Below, in pieces: positions 1-14,448 of a DNA stretch of 64,000 nucleotides (positions within the stretch are counted from its first letter, which is position 1; each line of letters begins with the position of its first letter). Both the position numbers and the translations under genes were made by a program. A model generated the notes under the pieces. The model was not told where the DNA came from. It did no database searches and saw only the letters and a program-made list of their open reading frames with translations. The DNA comes from Octopus vulgaris (lineage: Eukaryota): the NCBI GenBank assembly GCA_951406725.2, contig OX597815.1, positions 37,448,001-37,512,000 on the forward strand, written 5' to 3'.

Positions 1-620
1 TGCTCGCAGGGTGTGCTCCTGGATCCTAAGAATCTTCCGTCCAGAGAACAAGGTGTCACCATTCCCCTTCCCCCCCCCTTTGTACGGCCACACCTCGAAC
101 ACTACTGCCCCCGGTGGTCTCCCCATACAAAAATAAATATTTCGAAAATTGAATCACCCCAGAGGACAGTAACTAAAAGAATGATCTCGATTATTGCGAT
201 CGTCTTAAAGCATCGATACTCTATCCTCTCCAGCACTGCCGTGAGCGATACGTCATTTGCACGATGTGAAGAATATACTACCACCATTGCCCAAACGACC
301 TCAACATTAGTTCCAGAACTCATCCAAGGCTGGGACACGTGCCATACTTCCTCTACGCAATTCAGGATCACAACACACAAATTCACTGCAACACAATTTT
401 TTTCCTCAACAGGCCCTACCATATTTAAACAGTGTCCCGAAACAGATCAAAGAAGAAAAGGATCCAATGACCTTTACACGGAATCTGAACAAATATTTTC
501 AAGGAATACGAAATCAGCCACCTATACCTGGATATAACTCACCCAACAAGAACTCCCTGCGCTAATGAACCATGATACCACAAAACTTGTCTTAAAAGGA
601 TTTAGCTAAGTTATCTAAGT
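1..620 (+). mobile_element. Degraded 3' end of a CR1-like LINE
   Basis: Translates FVRPHLEHYCPRWSPH and is colinear with the better copy at 31777-32647. It has frameshifts and ends in a similar (CTAAGTT)-type tail at about 601-620. Confidence 0.8.
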
Positions 621-694
621 AGTGTGTGCGTGTGTGTGTGAGTGTGCGTGTGTGTGTGCGTATGTATCTATATGTGTAATAATAATAATTGTTT

Positions 695-923
695 CTTCTA
701 TGCACAAGTTGTGAAACTTTAGAGGAAGAGGATAATCGATTATATCGACCCCGGGGCGCGATAGGTGCTTATTTTATCGATTCGGAAGTATGAAATCAAA
801 GTCAGCTTAGATGGAATTAGAACTCACAGCATTAAGACGGACAAAATACTGCTAAGCATGTTATACCTCTTAACCCTTAACGACATTTCGTCCGGCGTGC
901 TAACCATTCTGACAAATCACCAC
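695..923 (-). mobile_element. Degenerate SINE family A copy
   Basis: Recognisable but decayed match to family A (atcgattatatcgacccc...ttattttatcga...tgaaatcaaagtc...gaactca). Confidence 0.6.
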
Positions 924-1167
924 TCTAATTATTATCTCCGCCTTAGCGAATGCGGAGTTATTGTTTTTTCAGTCGTGTTTGTTTGTTTGTTCGAATGAAA
1001 CCTTCAAGGATGTTTGGCCTCGTGACTGGTACAAACTGATTGATTATATTTGGGGATCGATCTGATATAGGACAGGGATTCTGAATTATTTGTTATATTT
1101 ACTTTACATGATTACGATCTTACGTTAACTTTCAAGTCTTTCTCAATTATCTCCCTTTAGGCTGTAG

Positions 1168-2400
1168 TATTTGTTTGAAGCGAGGATATTTTTTCGCCAC
1201 ATGCTGGTAACTTTTATGCAACACTTTTGAAATGCCAGCGGGGATTTCAAAAGGCAATTTGAAAAGCGGGGATTACTGGAAACATGCAAATGCTTTTGTA
1301 TGTCATTAAAGGAAATAGCAAATGAAATAGCTAAGATTAGCAAAGATAGTCAAACCTATACGCTTAATTAAAGCAAACACAATACAATAGATGACAGAAT
1401 CCCTTTAGTGATTAACTGGCACCGACATTTCGCTGGCATTTCAAAAGTGTTGCATTAAAGTTACCAGCATGTGGCGAAAAAATATCCTCGCTTCAAACAG
1501 ATATTTCCTCAGCCGCCTATTGTAGCCTTTAGACAGAATAAGAATATAAGAGAATTATTGATCTCTATATCTGACTCCAAGAAAACGAACATTGGAGTAT
1601 CTACACGCTGTGCCCTGCCCTAACGAACAGCCGAAAGAGAGGTAAGCCCTGTTCATTGTGCAACAACATGAGTGAAGTGGATTCCATCAGAAATCATAAC
1701 AGAAATGTTATGATTTATACAGAAGGTGGAACATGTAAAGATTCCCATTTGGTGTACGCTGCAGAATGCACGAAACACAACCTAATTTACGTCGGATGCA
1801 CAACAAAACAATTAAACAAAAGGTTTAATAGGCACAGATTCAATGTCAGGCACAATAACAGTAGTTCAACAGAAACTGCTGAACATTTCGTTTCAAGCGG
1901 CTGCAATTTTGAAGACTTGAGAGTGCATATTCTCAGAAAATATTCTGAATCTGCTTCGCTTTCACTTCTCAGAATGTATGAGGAGAAATACGTTTACGCG
2001 TTATTAACATCACGCCCTGGAGGAATGAATAAGATGATAGGAGAATATCATCAAATTTATACAAAACTGTTTGATCAAATATTCTTCTTTCTCTATTTTG
2101 CTTTTCTTTTTTTTCTGTCGTCTTCTTTTTTCTGTTTTTTTTCTGTCTTTTTCTTTTCGCCTGTTATAAAATTGTAACTTAAAAACTGATGATGTCATTC
2201 CATCAACGTGTGGACGCTGGTTGCTCTCGTTGATACTTTACGTTTAAATTTCTGTAATTTTGAATTTTTATCACTTCTTATATTGAACTTGACAAAGACA
2301 GATGTACTGTTGAAATATCGTTCAAATAATAAAATATCTTACAATCGAATCGCTCTCTTCTTCTTGACTGTGTACCTTTGTGAAGAGTTACGTCAATCCT
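1168..2400 (+). mobile_element. 5'-truncated Penelope-like element remnant (linker + GIY-YIG + 3' region) with 5' inversion
   Basis: Peptides RIPLVINWH, FPQPPIVAFRQNKNIRELL, PCSLC and LVYAAECTKHNLIYVGCTTKQLNKRFNRHR (GIY-YIG). There are stops upstream. 1168-1240 is the reverse complement of 1431-1503. Confidence 0.85.
2283..2325 (+). ncRNA. Minimal type-I hammerhead-like motif (U3-A8 core variant)
   Basis: TTGAAC-TTGACAA-A-GACAG atgta CTGTT-GAAA-TA-TC-GTTCAA: 6-bp helix I, helix II and a UC cleavage site, followed by AATAAA. It lies at the 3' end of a Penelope remnant. Confidence 0.65.
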
Positions 2401-2410
2401 TCTTAAAATA

Positions 2411-2437
2411 TATTATTATTGTTATTATCATTATCAT

Positions 2438-2475
<38 letters not shown>

Positions 2476-2546
2476 TGATAATAATAATAATTATTATTAT
2501 TATTATTATTATTATTGAGTGAGAGAGCAGTGATCTATTATTATTA

Positions 2547-2605
<59 letters not shown>

Positions 2606-2712
2606 GTTGTTGTTGTTGTTGTTGTTATTATTATTATTATTATTACTATTATTGTTATTATTATTATTATTATTATTATTTTTAATTTTTTATTATTATT
2701 ATTATTATCATT
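2411..2712. repeat. (ATT/AAT)n microsatellite block
   Basis: Direct inspection. Confidence 0.95.
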
Positions 2713-5700
2713 ATCGAATCATTCAGAATCAACCTGACTTTAATCATCATCATTATTATCATAAACATTGTGTTTATGATCGTAATCGCCGTCATCACTT
2801 TCTTCATCCGGATCTTCAGAATCATTATTAGCAAGAACCTGATTTCACAAGGTTTATGATGTCAATAGATAAATTTGTCAATTACTGCAGGGATTTATCC
2901 TAAGGCAGGTTGTATGTTCTGAAAGTAGATATGCTGTTTCGCTGAAAGCGGAGATGCTGAAGTCTATTGGCAAATTGGCTTTCTATTCATGATGGTATTC
3001 CATACTTACTCTTATTGGTAAATTTATGACATGGTAATAAAAGAAGAATTCATATTATAGTGATATTAACGGCGATATTGTTGAAATGGAATTTATTTTT
3101 TGTTTTATACATTAGAAGAGGAAAGGCAGTATCCAAGAGCGATTTGTTGGGCTTCAGAGGCCTATGTACGAAGTTGAGGAAAAGAGAAATACTGAAGGTC
3201 ATTGTGGCCTCGATTCAGTGATCCATTCTTAAATTTATACCCTACTTTTCCTAGCTGAAATCCATACTGCACACACTGACTTGCAAAGAAGAAATCAGTT
3301 AAGGTACAGTGTCACAGCTGAGGCATGTTTCATTACCCTAGTCTATAGCTTATTACTGTATACTTACTGCCTGCCTAATGTTATTGTTATCATTGTTTTG
3401 CTATACAGACCCAGGCTAACCCTGATTGAACAGACCTATTATCAAAGATATCTAGGACCATCCCAACCCATCCTTTTATACATTTTGCTCAGAGGACAAT
3501 ATCCAACACATTTTCTCCTTTTCTAAGAGAGAAGGGTGTGACTTAAGAGAGAAATGACTACTGTTTCTTGCAAATTGAGCTATTACGTATAGGTTCCCTT
3601 GTTGGAAGAGCTTTTAGTTTGATTAAAAACGAATATTTGTCAATAAATCTCATGGATAGTATGGGGTTGCAATCTACGGCAGAACTTTTACCTTATCTTC
3701 CTCACTTACTAACTTATATTCGGTATTCCTCAATTTCTATTTCTTACACTCTATCTTTCTTACTAACGCTTATTCTCTGTCTGTTTATCTGTCTCTCTGT
3801 CGGTTTGTCTGTCTCTCCCACCTCTCTGTTTCTCTCTCTCTCATCGTTTCTGAAACATAGACATACTGACATATATACACACAAATACATACATATATAT
3901 GGCTGACGGTTTTGATCAGTTGCTATCGCAATTTTGGTGAACCCTTTGTGACATGATCCTATCGATCACCAATCTTAATTTCTTTTGTCTCATCTTTGTC
4001 TCATGACGCGGTTACTGGAACGTTGTAGAGAACTGACAAAATAACATGATTCAGTTTTCCTTGCCTATATTCAGCTACACAATTGTTTATTTATTTATTT
4101 CTAGACAATGTCTGGAATCTATGTCTTTCTAAATAAAGGATTGTTTCCTAATCATTCGCTAATGTTGGAAAGAATGCAACAGGATTCTTCGCCACATGAC
4201 ATTTCAAATTCTCAAACACACGCACATATTGATGTCTTTCACATGTCTAAAACATACAGCAAGCTAAAAATATTTAACAGATATATTTATCCTCCCACTC
4301 ACACACATATTCACATTCGAAAAAGATAATATTCTGTGACCTATAATCTTATTAACTGGTACTGATAAGCAATAATAATGTTAACTATTTTTTTGTCAAG
4401 AACACATTTAAATTGTTAAGCTAAGGATCCGCTGTTCTTTTTCAGATAATTATATTCTACGAAGATTCTTTACACTATAACTCGTTGTGTGCCACATATA
4501 GTGTATTTACACTGTCATGCATTTGCATTTAATCCTATTTTTGCCAATACTAGGCTGTTTGTTATAAGTTGTTTGTATTGCGTTGTTTGTTGCTGTTCAT
4601 TTACTCTAAGTATTTGCTCTGGATGATATGCAACCCACTTATTCTTGTCAGCATCATCAAATAATTTTGATACTGGAGTTATTCCTCTTTGTTACTTTCA
4701 TTTATATCCATTTGCATTTCAACTATTAACGTTAAAAAGCTATGCTGTTTGTGTAAATAACAGTACGCTATCTCAGATGGTTTTAATATCTAAAATAAAC
4801 TATTCAGTAAAATATTGGTAGTTAATTTATTATTTGCAGTGAGAGGAAAACATTGTGAGTATTGAATTTGAAATTGAAGGCTATTCAGACTAAACTCATT
4901 TAGTCATACATTACATCCGTGTAGAAATCTCTAAAATATGAGATTATACTTTCAAGTATACAAAAGCTATTTTCAAAAAACCTGTGGAAAATAATACTAG
5001 TCATTATTTGAAGCAACTGAAATAGCTGACCGTTGAGGATCCTAATCAATATTCTGGCTTTGTAGAATGGTTAATCGGAATCTATGTCATGGTCTGCTTC
5101 CAAATAATCTAACGTTGCTAAAATTTTAATTGCTTGTCAAATGCAAGAAATGTAAGGAAACAATTAATGATGCGTGATTTGTGATGCGAGATTTATAAAC
5201 AGCTGAACCTCATTAATGTTATTTGAAGAATACATTTCAAGGAATTACATTGGTGTAATTCATTATTTTTCCAGGAAATATATACTAGCATTTGGGTTCT
5301 TTAATGAAGCTTGATCACAGGTTTGGCGACAGTTCAAACCACAACACCAGTATAACAACATTGTAGCGCGGTGGATAAAATATCTTGTGGCATTTGGTTA
5401 AGCCTTTTCAAATTTAAAGTTTAAATCCTGCTGGGATCAATTTTTCCTTCCATTCCGCTGGAATCGATAACTATCTGGTTCAATAAGTTTACGACTGTTC
5501 TTCTAAACCACATCAACATATTTAAAGCTGGGTCAAACTTATGGCAATCTGACACCGAATGTGCAAATATAACATCGAAATTTATATCAGAAATTGTTTT
5601 CGAACGAATCGTTACAGTGACAGATGTGAATCTGTACATAGCAACATAGCTATGATGAAGTATGCTGTTGAATGGGTAATAGAACTGGTTCGCAATTCCT

Positions 5701-6351
5701 TCATATGTTAATATCAATGTAACTTAGCTGCGAAATTATAAATGTTTAATTACCACTTAAACGTATGTAGTCATAGAAATATTTGCTCGTGAAATCTACT
5801 AGAGTGTAAGGAATTATATATACAGAAGCCCTAAAAAGACCAAATCCCGTCAGTGAAGGCAACACCTTGATTTGTTAGTTGCAAGCCGATTGTTGTAAAA
5901 GAAGACGTGTAATACTGACCCGCTATAGTGTAGGCAAAGTTACCATTCCTTAACAGTATATGTTTTAAACAGAGTTGTACTATATTGGGCAAGTTAGAAA
6001 CTGTTCCTTTAAAGGAAAATGAAATAAGTTCGCAATATTTGCAGTGACTTCTAAATTACAGGGGTTGTTTAGTCAATTTATATTACGCGTTGTGCTTCTC
6101 CTCAGCGATCTAACTTTGTTGTAAAAAGACATGTTTCAAACAACCACTTGACATACGGTGGCATAACTACAACAATGTTAACATGTGATCAGGTTCGGTT
6201 TGGGAGAATCAGGCTCACTAACAAATAATGATGATCCATGTATTATGATACTTGCAGCTAAGGTTCATTTATAGATGGAGGTCTGATTAAGCACGTGTTT
6301 TGTACAACATACTGGGGAATCTTTTCGTTTATTCATTTATGCACCACACAC

Positions 6352-6352
6352 A

Positions 6353-6445
<93 letters not shown>

Positions 6446-6531
6446 GCCTGCCTGCCTGCGTGTCTCTGTCTGTCTGTCTGTCTGCCTGCCTGCCTGCCTG
6501 TCTGTCTGTCTGTTTGATTGTCTGTCTGTCT
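6352..6531. repeat. (TATC)n/(TGCC/TGTC)n compound microsatellite
   Basis: Direct inspection. Confidence 0.95.
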
Positions 6532-6887
6532 AGTTATATACCTGCCGCTCTGTGTCAGCTTATGTGCGTGTGCATGTATAATAAATCGTGTTTAAGGTGG
6601 ATCTCGAAGAAGATAAAGCTATAAATAATGGTTTCAAATTTTTGGCGCAATGCTAACAGTTTTAAATTAGGATTGTTTTATAATCTTTCAATTAATGTAT
6701 GTGATTAATTGTTTTCCACAGATTCTCAAACGCGTCTCTATTTATTGTATAACGTCTTACATCGCTTAAATAATTCATATTTTTACATCGCTTATATAAC
6801 TTATCTTTTGTCCCAATCCACATGCATTCCTAAGTCCCCTGTTTAACACATATCATTTTAGCGTATCTTTCAAGCGCTTGTGTCTAT

Positions 6888-7085
6888 GTGAGCTGGCAGA
6901 ATCGTAAGAGCATGTGGTATTTGTTTCGATTCATTATGTTCTGATTTCAAAGTTACGTCAAGTTTAACTTTCTTCTTTTCGGGGCTGATAAAATGAAGTA
7001 CTTGTCAAGTATTGGGACCAGTGGTATCGATTATTTCTCTCAACTTAGAATCACTATATTTGAGTTCTAAACCAAAAACAATTAC
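6888..7085 (+). mobile_element. Old SINE family A copy
   Basis: gtgagctggcagaatcg head and ttttcggggctgataaaatgaagtac body. Confidence 0.55.
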
Positions 7086-7174
7086 TGTTGTTTTGCCTTT
7101 TGTATGACGTTTATTATTTGTATTCCAGTTTGTGGATTATATGTTGACCAGTTTCGCAAAAGTTGGATAATATT

Positions 7175-7388
7175 TATGCTTTATTACGCGGAGGTATTGC
7201 CCAAGAAACTAAACGTTTTCATCTATCCGCTTTATCTATTATATTAAGCAAGGAAAAGAAAGACATTTTGAAAGTACCTTTCTCACTAGCCGACATTCAA
7301 TAAAAATGTCGATCTGATATGCTGCCTCAATCAACAAAGGCATTTTGCACACTGAATGCAACAACTGAAAAGATATTATAAATGAAAA
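7175..7388 (+). repeat. ~215 bp dispersed direct repeat, copy 1 (copy 2 at 10417-10633)
   Basis: Near-identical tttattacgcggag...gatattataaatgaaa at both sites. Confidence 0.9.
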
Positions 7389-10149
7389 ACAAGCATCCAA
7401 TACCAAGACTTTTTGAAACATATTACAGTTTATTTGAGAACTCAGGCAGGAATGACAATGATGGTGGTACAATAACAACACACATTTTTTCACACACATA
7501 TACGACCTTCTTTATTTTCGTATTAAACAGAAAGATATTGGACTTGAACATGTTGCTATTGGAGACGCAATTTTGGCAGAACTGTATCACGTAAAGCTGC
7601 CTTTCTTCGCCAACCAAATTTTCTGTAGAAGCAGAAAAGGAGAAAGTGGTTATGCTAATGCATAATGAAAATAGAAGAAACTCTTTTGTGTGCTGTTCAA
7701 AAATGAATTTTATCAAGAATATTAGGGGCACCATTTTGTTTACTGAACAAAGTAAAATTACGTTTCTATCAGAAGTACAGCTGCTAACATTTTTGTTGTA
7801 ACAGAGACAAACTTTATCGTGAAAGATGTCAAAAACAAAATTTAATCAAATTTTATATATTCATATAACAAAACTGAAAGCCACTTTAGAGAAAAATATA
7901 TTAACCTTATATTTAACCACAAATTCGTCATCAGCTGCTTCATTATTATACCAATATATTTATTTCCTCCAAATGCAGTTATAATGGGATAGACGCTAAT
8001 TCATGCGGTTAATGCCCTTGAATAATAACTTAGTTAATATTAATAAACTTAAGGTGAATGTTTTCAAAGGGCCATACTTTATAACTGCTTAAGTATGAAG
8101 CAGTGAAAGACATTTAATCCTTAATTGACAAAATAAAACGATATTCGGTTCATATTTGTCTGGACATATTAAGCCTACATTTTTCATATGCTTTTTTTCT
8201 GCATTACGAGATGTTCTTAGAGTATTAACTTCCTTCCTTCTTTACTAATTTGTTCATGGCTTTATTGGAAAATATCGTCACTAATAGAATAAGGATATTT
8301 TGCCCTCTCTCAGTAATATTTTTATGTTCAACGCCTTAAGCCACTCTAAATTAGCAAAGACTTAAATTATTTGTTGAATAAGGCAAGCATAGAGATTTAA
8401 AATATTTAATAAAAATTTTTATAATTCTTTGGGAGAGATTTTTTAATGAATTATCCAGATACATGCCTTCTAAATTAGCACCAGTATAAATGTCGGCTAT
8501 CCTGACAAATATTGATCACTGTAAACATTAATTCTATTCATATAGAATTATTATTAGTTTTTAATATTTCTTTTTGAGGAATTCATTGATGTTCTTAATG
8601 TTTTGAAATTCTTCACAATTAATTAGGCGCTTAGTTCCTCTGCACAAATATAAAAGAATATTTATAGCCAACTCTTCAAAATAAGCGACAGTTCAATTGA
8701 GATACTTCAACATACGAAAGTATAATGAATAGCGAGACGAAGGCTGTATGACGCTTTGGGGAGTTTTCAGATTTGAAAGATGTTGAATTCCTCATTTGCT
8801 TCCAATCATAATATGAGCCTTGTTGCTCGCAAATCCTATGAGGTTTTCAAAGTTGATTTCATTTTTTTTAAAAAAAGAAAGTCTCTATATAATTAGAAAT
8901 TCTGAGAGTAGCTTTGCCTGTAATGCCTAAACGTATTTGAATTCTAGTATTATAAGATCAGGCTACGAGAAGAAGCTGTTTGAATAGATGGAAATGTATT
9001 TTAACTTAACAAACAATATGTGACTTTTCCTCTCCATTCTCTTTTACTGTGTTTTGTGTCTTGCTGTTTTTCATTTTACTTCCTTCTCTCCGTGTCTCTC
9101 TCTCTGCATCTCACTTTATCTGCATGACTGCATCCCATATTGTTGCAAATGTCTGTCGTGAGTGTTTCTTCGTTTCAGGGTTCCATGATAGTAAAAGTGT
9201 TTTCCTAGGCGTAAAGCAATTTTAAAGTCGCATAAACTCAACTATAATATAAGAGTAATATTGTGTAATGCGTACCTATTCCTCACTTATATTTTTGTGC
9301 ACAATTCCACCGCGATTCAACACAGTTTGTATTCCTGACTGGATAAAAGATACTCATTAAATAACTAACTGTACGTCAGGTTCTGTAAATCAATTTAAAT
9401 GTTAGCATGAAATCATCTACAAATCGTTACTAGTGAAAACATAATACTTCTGGTCATTTCATACTTTACTGTTTCACTGTTTACGAAGATGTTCATTCCT
9501 TAATAATTTCATTTTCTTTTGACACAATAAACATGTTTGCTTTTTACTTACGTGAGGCCCTTTGAGAGAAGTGCTATATTTTTTCATACATGGTTTTCCC
9601 ATTGTCTACTTTATTAATCGTCAAGAATTTTCCTGATTAATATTGATATTCGCATAGGATCAAGATCATAATCATCACATACAAATTTTGTATGTTTTAC
9701 CAATACAATTTAACTTTTCTTCCCCATTTTTGTCTATATACTGTTATATAAAACTTCAGCTACAGAGTTTGATCAGTGTAATGATATGAAATATTATAAA
9801 CTTTTATATATTCAGAATACTTTTACTGAATTACATATTAATCACAATATTAAAATAGCGCATTATTATAAATTCTAGGACTAGCCTATAACAAGCAAGC
9901 TTTTTATTAAAATTTGTGCGCACAAGTATTACAAATATATGTTGCTTTAAGATTTCTCTGCTTGGGCGTTACTCATTAATTATCTTTTGTGAAATTTAGC
10001 TTTGAAACTATATAAACTAGCCCGGGAAGTTATGATAATTTAACCAGTTGTATTGAATTTAGAGTAGTCTGTCACTGTGAGTTATATTCTCATATTTATG
10101 TTTATCGGTGAAAATACTTTTAGATTGCATTTTCCACTTTAGCATCAGA

Positions 10150-12715
10150 ATATTAGCTGAATCTGCAAAGAAACGAAAATGGCCATTCGAATGGAGGAGG
10201 AACATAAATTTTCAAGAAATATGAAGTGAAAGATTTAGCATTACCAAAATATGCGATAACGCATCATACAGCGTATGTTCTGAAAGGGTTCTGTGTTGGA
10301 TTTCTTCCGTAAAGTAGCAACACGAAACTATTTATAGTCGCCATTGTCTTAAAAGAGAGAAAAATAGAGAACACATCTTTTCGAGAAGAAGATAAAGCTA
10401 TAAATATTTGAGGAAATATGTTTTATTACGCGGAGATATTACCCAAGAAACTAAAAGTTTTCATCTCTCCGTTTTATCTATTATATTAAGCAAGGAAAAG
10501 AAAGACAATTTGAAAGTACCTTTATCACTAGCTAGCCGACATTCAATAAAAATGTCGATCTGATATGCTGCCTCAATCAACAAAGGCATTTTGCACAGTC
10601 AATGCAACAACTGAAAAGATATTATAAATGAAATATGTTTCTTGCTTTCCAATTATAGTTGCTGATATTTTTGGCATTTCAAAGATTATCGCTCAAAATC
10701 GAAAGTCACTTAATGATAGGGAGTCTATTAAAAATGATGGTTAGAGTATACTCCATTCATTTGTGACAGTATTCCAGAAAAGGTAAAGACATTTAGCACA
10801 TTCGGGATTTACAGGTGAGCAGAAACAAATAGTAAGCATAACAAAACAGCTAATAAAAGATATCGGTTCATATAAATTCTGTTTCTATGCATTTAAGATG
10901 AGAACGTTTCAAATCTCGGTTAGCTAGTATTGCTCAATTTGTATGGACGGTAGTTTATGTTTCCTCACGAATACATAGGCACCTAAAATAATTAGCGAAA
11001 GCACACCGCATGCCATCAGCTTATACTCCTTACGAAAATGGCCTCGGTTTTCGAAGGAATATACGCAGGACTAGTTAATTCCAGAACTTCACTTTAGTAT
11101 ACTCTGGAGTTGAATCATGCAAAGCAAGAGTAGTCGAATGATCTAACTGACAAATTGACTTTTCGAAAATAGCTTCTGTGACAGCGATGGTGTGTTTAAC
11201 ACGTTGACAAGCGACTTCTGTAAATATTTTACAACGCCTAATTTAAAATTTCTCAATCAGAATTTGCACCACATCATGAAAAAATATCTCCTGTCTCACT
11301 GCTTCTCTCCTGCCTTCTCCGTCTCTCCTATCTGTCACTATATCGCTTTGCGATATTCTACTCGTATTCTTAACACAAATTTCCTTTGCAGCCATTTTCA
11401 TGTCCATCATAGCCTCTTCTAATTTCTCTTTCCGTGTTCCTCGTTCAGACATTTATCTTCTAATTTCTCTTTCCGTTTTCCTCGTTCAGACATTTATCTT
11501 CTTATTTCCTGTCTGCATATGCATGCTCACGTTGTCCTGCGTTCCTCGTCAGCTGCATCCGGTTTCTCAAACGTAGAATATGATATGAAACTCTAATGTC
11601 TTTCTTTTATTTCTCTCCTGTCATCTTTACCCTAAAGAACGTGTCTGTCTGAGACGTTGCATCTTCTTCTCCAAAACAGTCATTTCAATTTCGCTTTCTC
11701 CTTTATTGGATACACTCGACATCAACTGGCAGCCTTACATTGTATTATACATGAGGTATAGATTGTATTATACATGAGGTATACAAAAGCTGGTATTGAT
11801 GAACCTGAATATGTGATGAAAATTGTAACTCTTTCCTCGCACACTCTCAGTAAAAGACAATTTCTGAATTTATTGCTCCGGTTAAAATCACAGTACATAG
11901 GACAACTCTGCTCGCAAGCTTAATCAAGGATTTGTCCTTAAAATTTTGTTTAGTGTTTGCATGAAATACATCTACTCCAGACGAAAAAATCGTGTGGATT
12001 TCTAGATTAATGTTTAATTTTACAGATTCTCGTCACTTCTAAATGATTTAAACAGCAGTTTACAGCGACGTATCAAAACATTTGATGTTATGTTTGAGTA
12101 CATAAAAGCCTTTGAAATGAAATTGTTACATTCAATTTTTACAAAATTTAAAAAAAGCACATAGTTGATCTTAAGATTCATTAGAAAATCGAGATTCAGA
12201 GAATTCCAAAGTAATTATTTAGTCAAATACTGATCGATTTTTTTAAAGATTTAATCAGTTCAGGTCATTTAAAGATAGCTCAAGATTCATTAAGTGAGCC
12301 GAGTGGAGTATCTTTAGATTAGCTGGATTCAGAAATATTGCAGGGAATTCATTTGAAAAATTCCGAGATGCGAATGGTCATTTTACAAAGTAATTCAATT
12401 TAGCGACAAATATTTGCTGACTTGACATCTAAATTAGAACACTCGTGCCAGGAATATTGTAGAAAATGCAGAAGGCGCAACTCTGAAACTCTGAATTTAC
12501 ATCCCTGAAATGTTTACTACAAATCATACATTGGCAATAGTAACAATGTTTTCATCGAAATAGTCTTGAGACATTGTCTTCTATGATAAATTTTATTAAG
12601 ACTAATTACAAGAGTCGCCTTACTATTGAAACCAGAATTGTATGCAAATCTCTCAAATCATTCTAATTCAATTCTGATATAAAGTATATGTCGTTGGTGG
12701 CACAGCAAGAAAAGT
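10150..12715 (+). pseudogene. Fossil hAT (Charlie/SPIN, GTF2IRD2/EPM2AIP1-like) transposase, interrupted
   Basis: Frame-broken peptides in the correct order: ESAKKRK..NFQEI*SERF, ISKIIAQNRKSLND, IDFSKIASVT..DG, HCIIHE, VMKIV, NDLNSSLQ, MFEYIKAFEMKL, NFIKTNYKSRLT. Insertions at about 10385-10633 and 11240-11720. Confidence 0.75.
11416..11501. repeat. 41-bp tandem duplication
   Basis: tcttctaatttctctttccgtKttcctcgttcagacattta occurs twice. Confidence 0.9.
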
Positions 12716-13709
12716 GTTTAGTATTTATTTTTCTGTCTTTGATTTTTTCTTTTATAATTGTTCACGTTTCTTCTTTCTCATTATTAAGATATTAAGATAT
12801 AATATAATTGGTAACTGATGTTATTTTTGTATTTTCTTGTTTAAAATCATTGGTATCAATTATATTTATGGTACTTATAAAGTGCAATACTATTTACACA
12901 TTATTATTTTTCAATTGACTTTTAAAAATCACTGACATTTATAATTGCTTGAGTACTTTCTAAAGTACATTCATTTATTTCGACTATTTCTATCAAAAGC
13001 AATAAATACACATAAGCAGTTATGAAGTCTCCTTTCTTTTCTTGTCAAAGATTAATATTTATTGTCATTCATTAGTTTTACTTTTAATGAATTACCTGTT
13101 ATAAATAAAAGTCTGCAAAACTCAAAACAGCCACATTCAAGCAATTCAGCTATCACTGGTTGTCTAAAGAGACCTCTTTAAGAAAATAATCAAAATGATT
13201 TCAAATATTTTGATGTTTTCTACATAAAATTGTTTGTAAAATATAAACATAATTAGCGAAGTATAATGTAATGTAATTTTATAACATGCTCCTCTAAATT
13301 CTTACAGGGAAGGGAGTGTATTTCATAAAGATTATGGTCGATATGGACACACTCTCAAAATGGTTTATAGTCATACTAGGTGGTGGCCACTCACTGCGGC
13401 TATGATAGATTGTCAATTGATGGTAAGTAAACAAGAATATTATTAGCCTTAGGTGTATAATACTGGCTGTTGCTGAAAAAGTTATCCAAACGTATTGCTT
13501 ATCCTATAGTCCTTTGTATAGCATACAATGACACTTGCAAGAGAAGTAATTATCACTGTTGCTTAAAGCGATTGCACTAATTCAATGTGCTTCATTGTGA
13601 TTACCTTAATTAAGAAACCAATGCTTAGCGGTGAAGATTAAATAAATCCTAACTTACTTCAAAGGGATAAATAACTTACAACACAAATAACATCAAATAT
13701 TTCAAATGT

Positions 13710-14030
13710 ATCAGAAAAGTTTGCAGATATATTTGAAGGTTATAATATTCTTGAAGGGGAATAAAGACTTGCTTTTGATGATCTAAATAGCACCAGTTAT
13801 ACATATGCCAAGAAGAAATCCTGAAGCATTAAGACGAAATCCTGAAGCATTAAGACGAAATCCTGAAGCATTAAGAAGATTAAAATCTATAGAGTTAAAT
13901 AGTATTATAGCATTCAAGAAACAATTAACCTGGTTTTCGAGATTTGAAGATTGTGAAGAAACAAGATAATACAATATTTATATGGACCAATCCAACTGAT
14001 CTTTACAAAGCCATAAGATGTCTTTACTGT
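13710..14030 (+). pseudogene. Ty3/Gypsy pol remnant (start of RT)
   Basis: EKFADIFEG...PVIHMPRRNPEALR...KIVKKQDNTIFIWTNPTDLYKAIR resembles the Gypsy DVFEG..PVVHPPRRVP..VKKKNG.LRICLDPRDLNKAI pattern. Frameshifted. Contains a 21-bp x3 tandem repeat at 13816-13877. Confidence 0.6.
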
Positions 14031-14448
14031 CCTTTTATTACAAGGAGTTATTAATACAATAGCTCGGCTAAGTACATCACTGTGAATAATAGGAAGAAAG
14101 TGGTCCGAAATGGAGAGGAAACAATCCACATAGGCAAATTTTGTTTCAATAAAACTACTTTTAGGGAATCGCAAAATTACTGCTTCTGTCGTTAATAATT
14201 CATTTTTAATGTTAAAAAGTTTTTCAACTCGGTATTTTTCTTTGTAAATATTATATTTCTTCATATACTGGATATAAGTAAAAATGTGTACCCTTATAGC
14301 TGTATTTGTCAATTAAATCAATATTAAGCAAAAGAGTAGACAGAGAATGTCTCACTAAAAGAGTTGCTATGGACATAAAGAAATGTTTGAATATGTTCCC
14401 TTTGCAACAATATGACCCTCTGCATTTTATCATGGTATGGGTGATGTA

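Noticed and set aside
2185-2230. CTGATGA as a hammerhead core
   Set aside because: There is no correctly placed stem II and GAAA. The plausible motif is at 2283-2325.
3400-3600. Old repeat family with weak similarity to 21090-21250, 34690-34860 and 56420-56590
   Set aside because: The similarity is too degraded to delimit or classify by eye.
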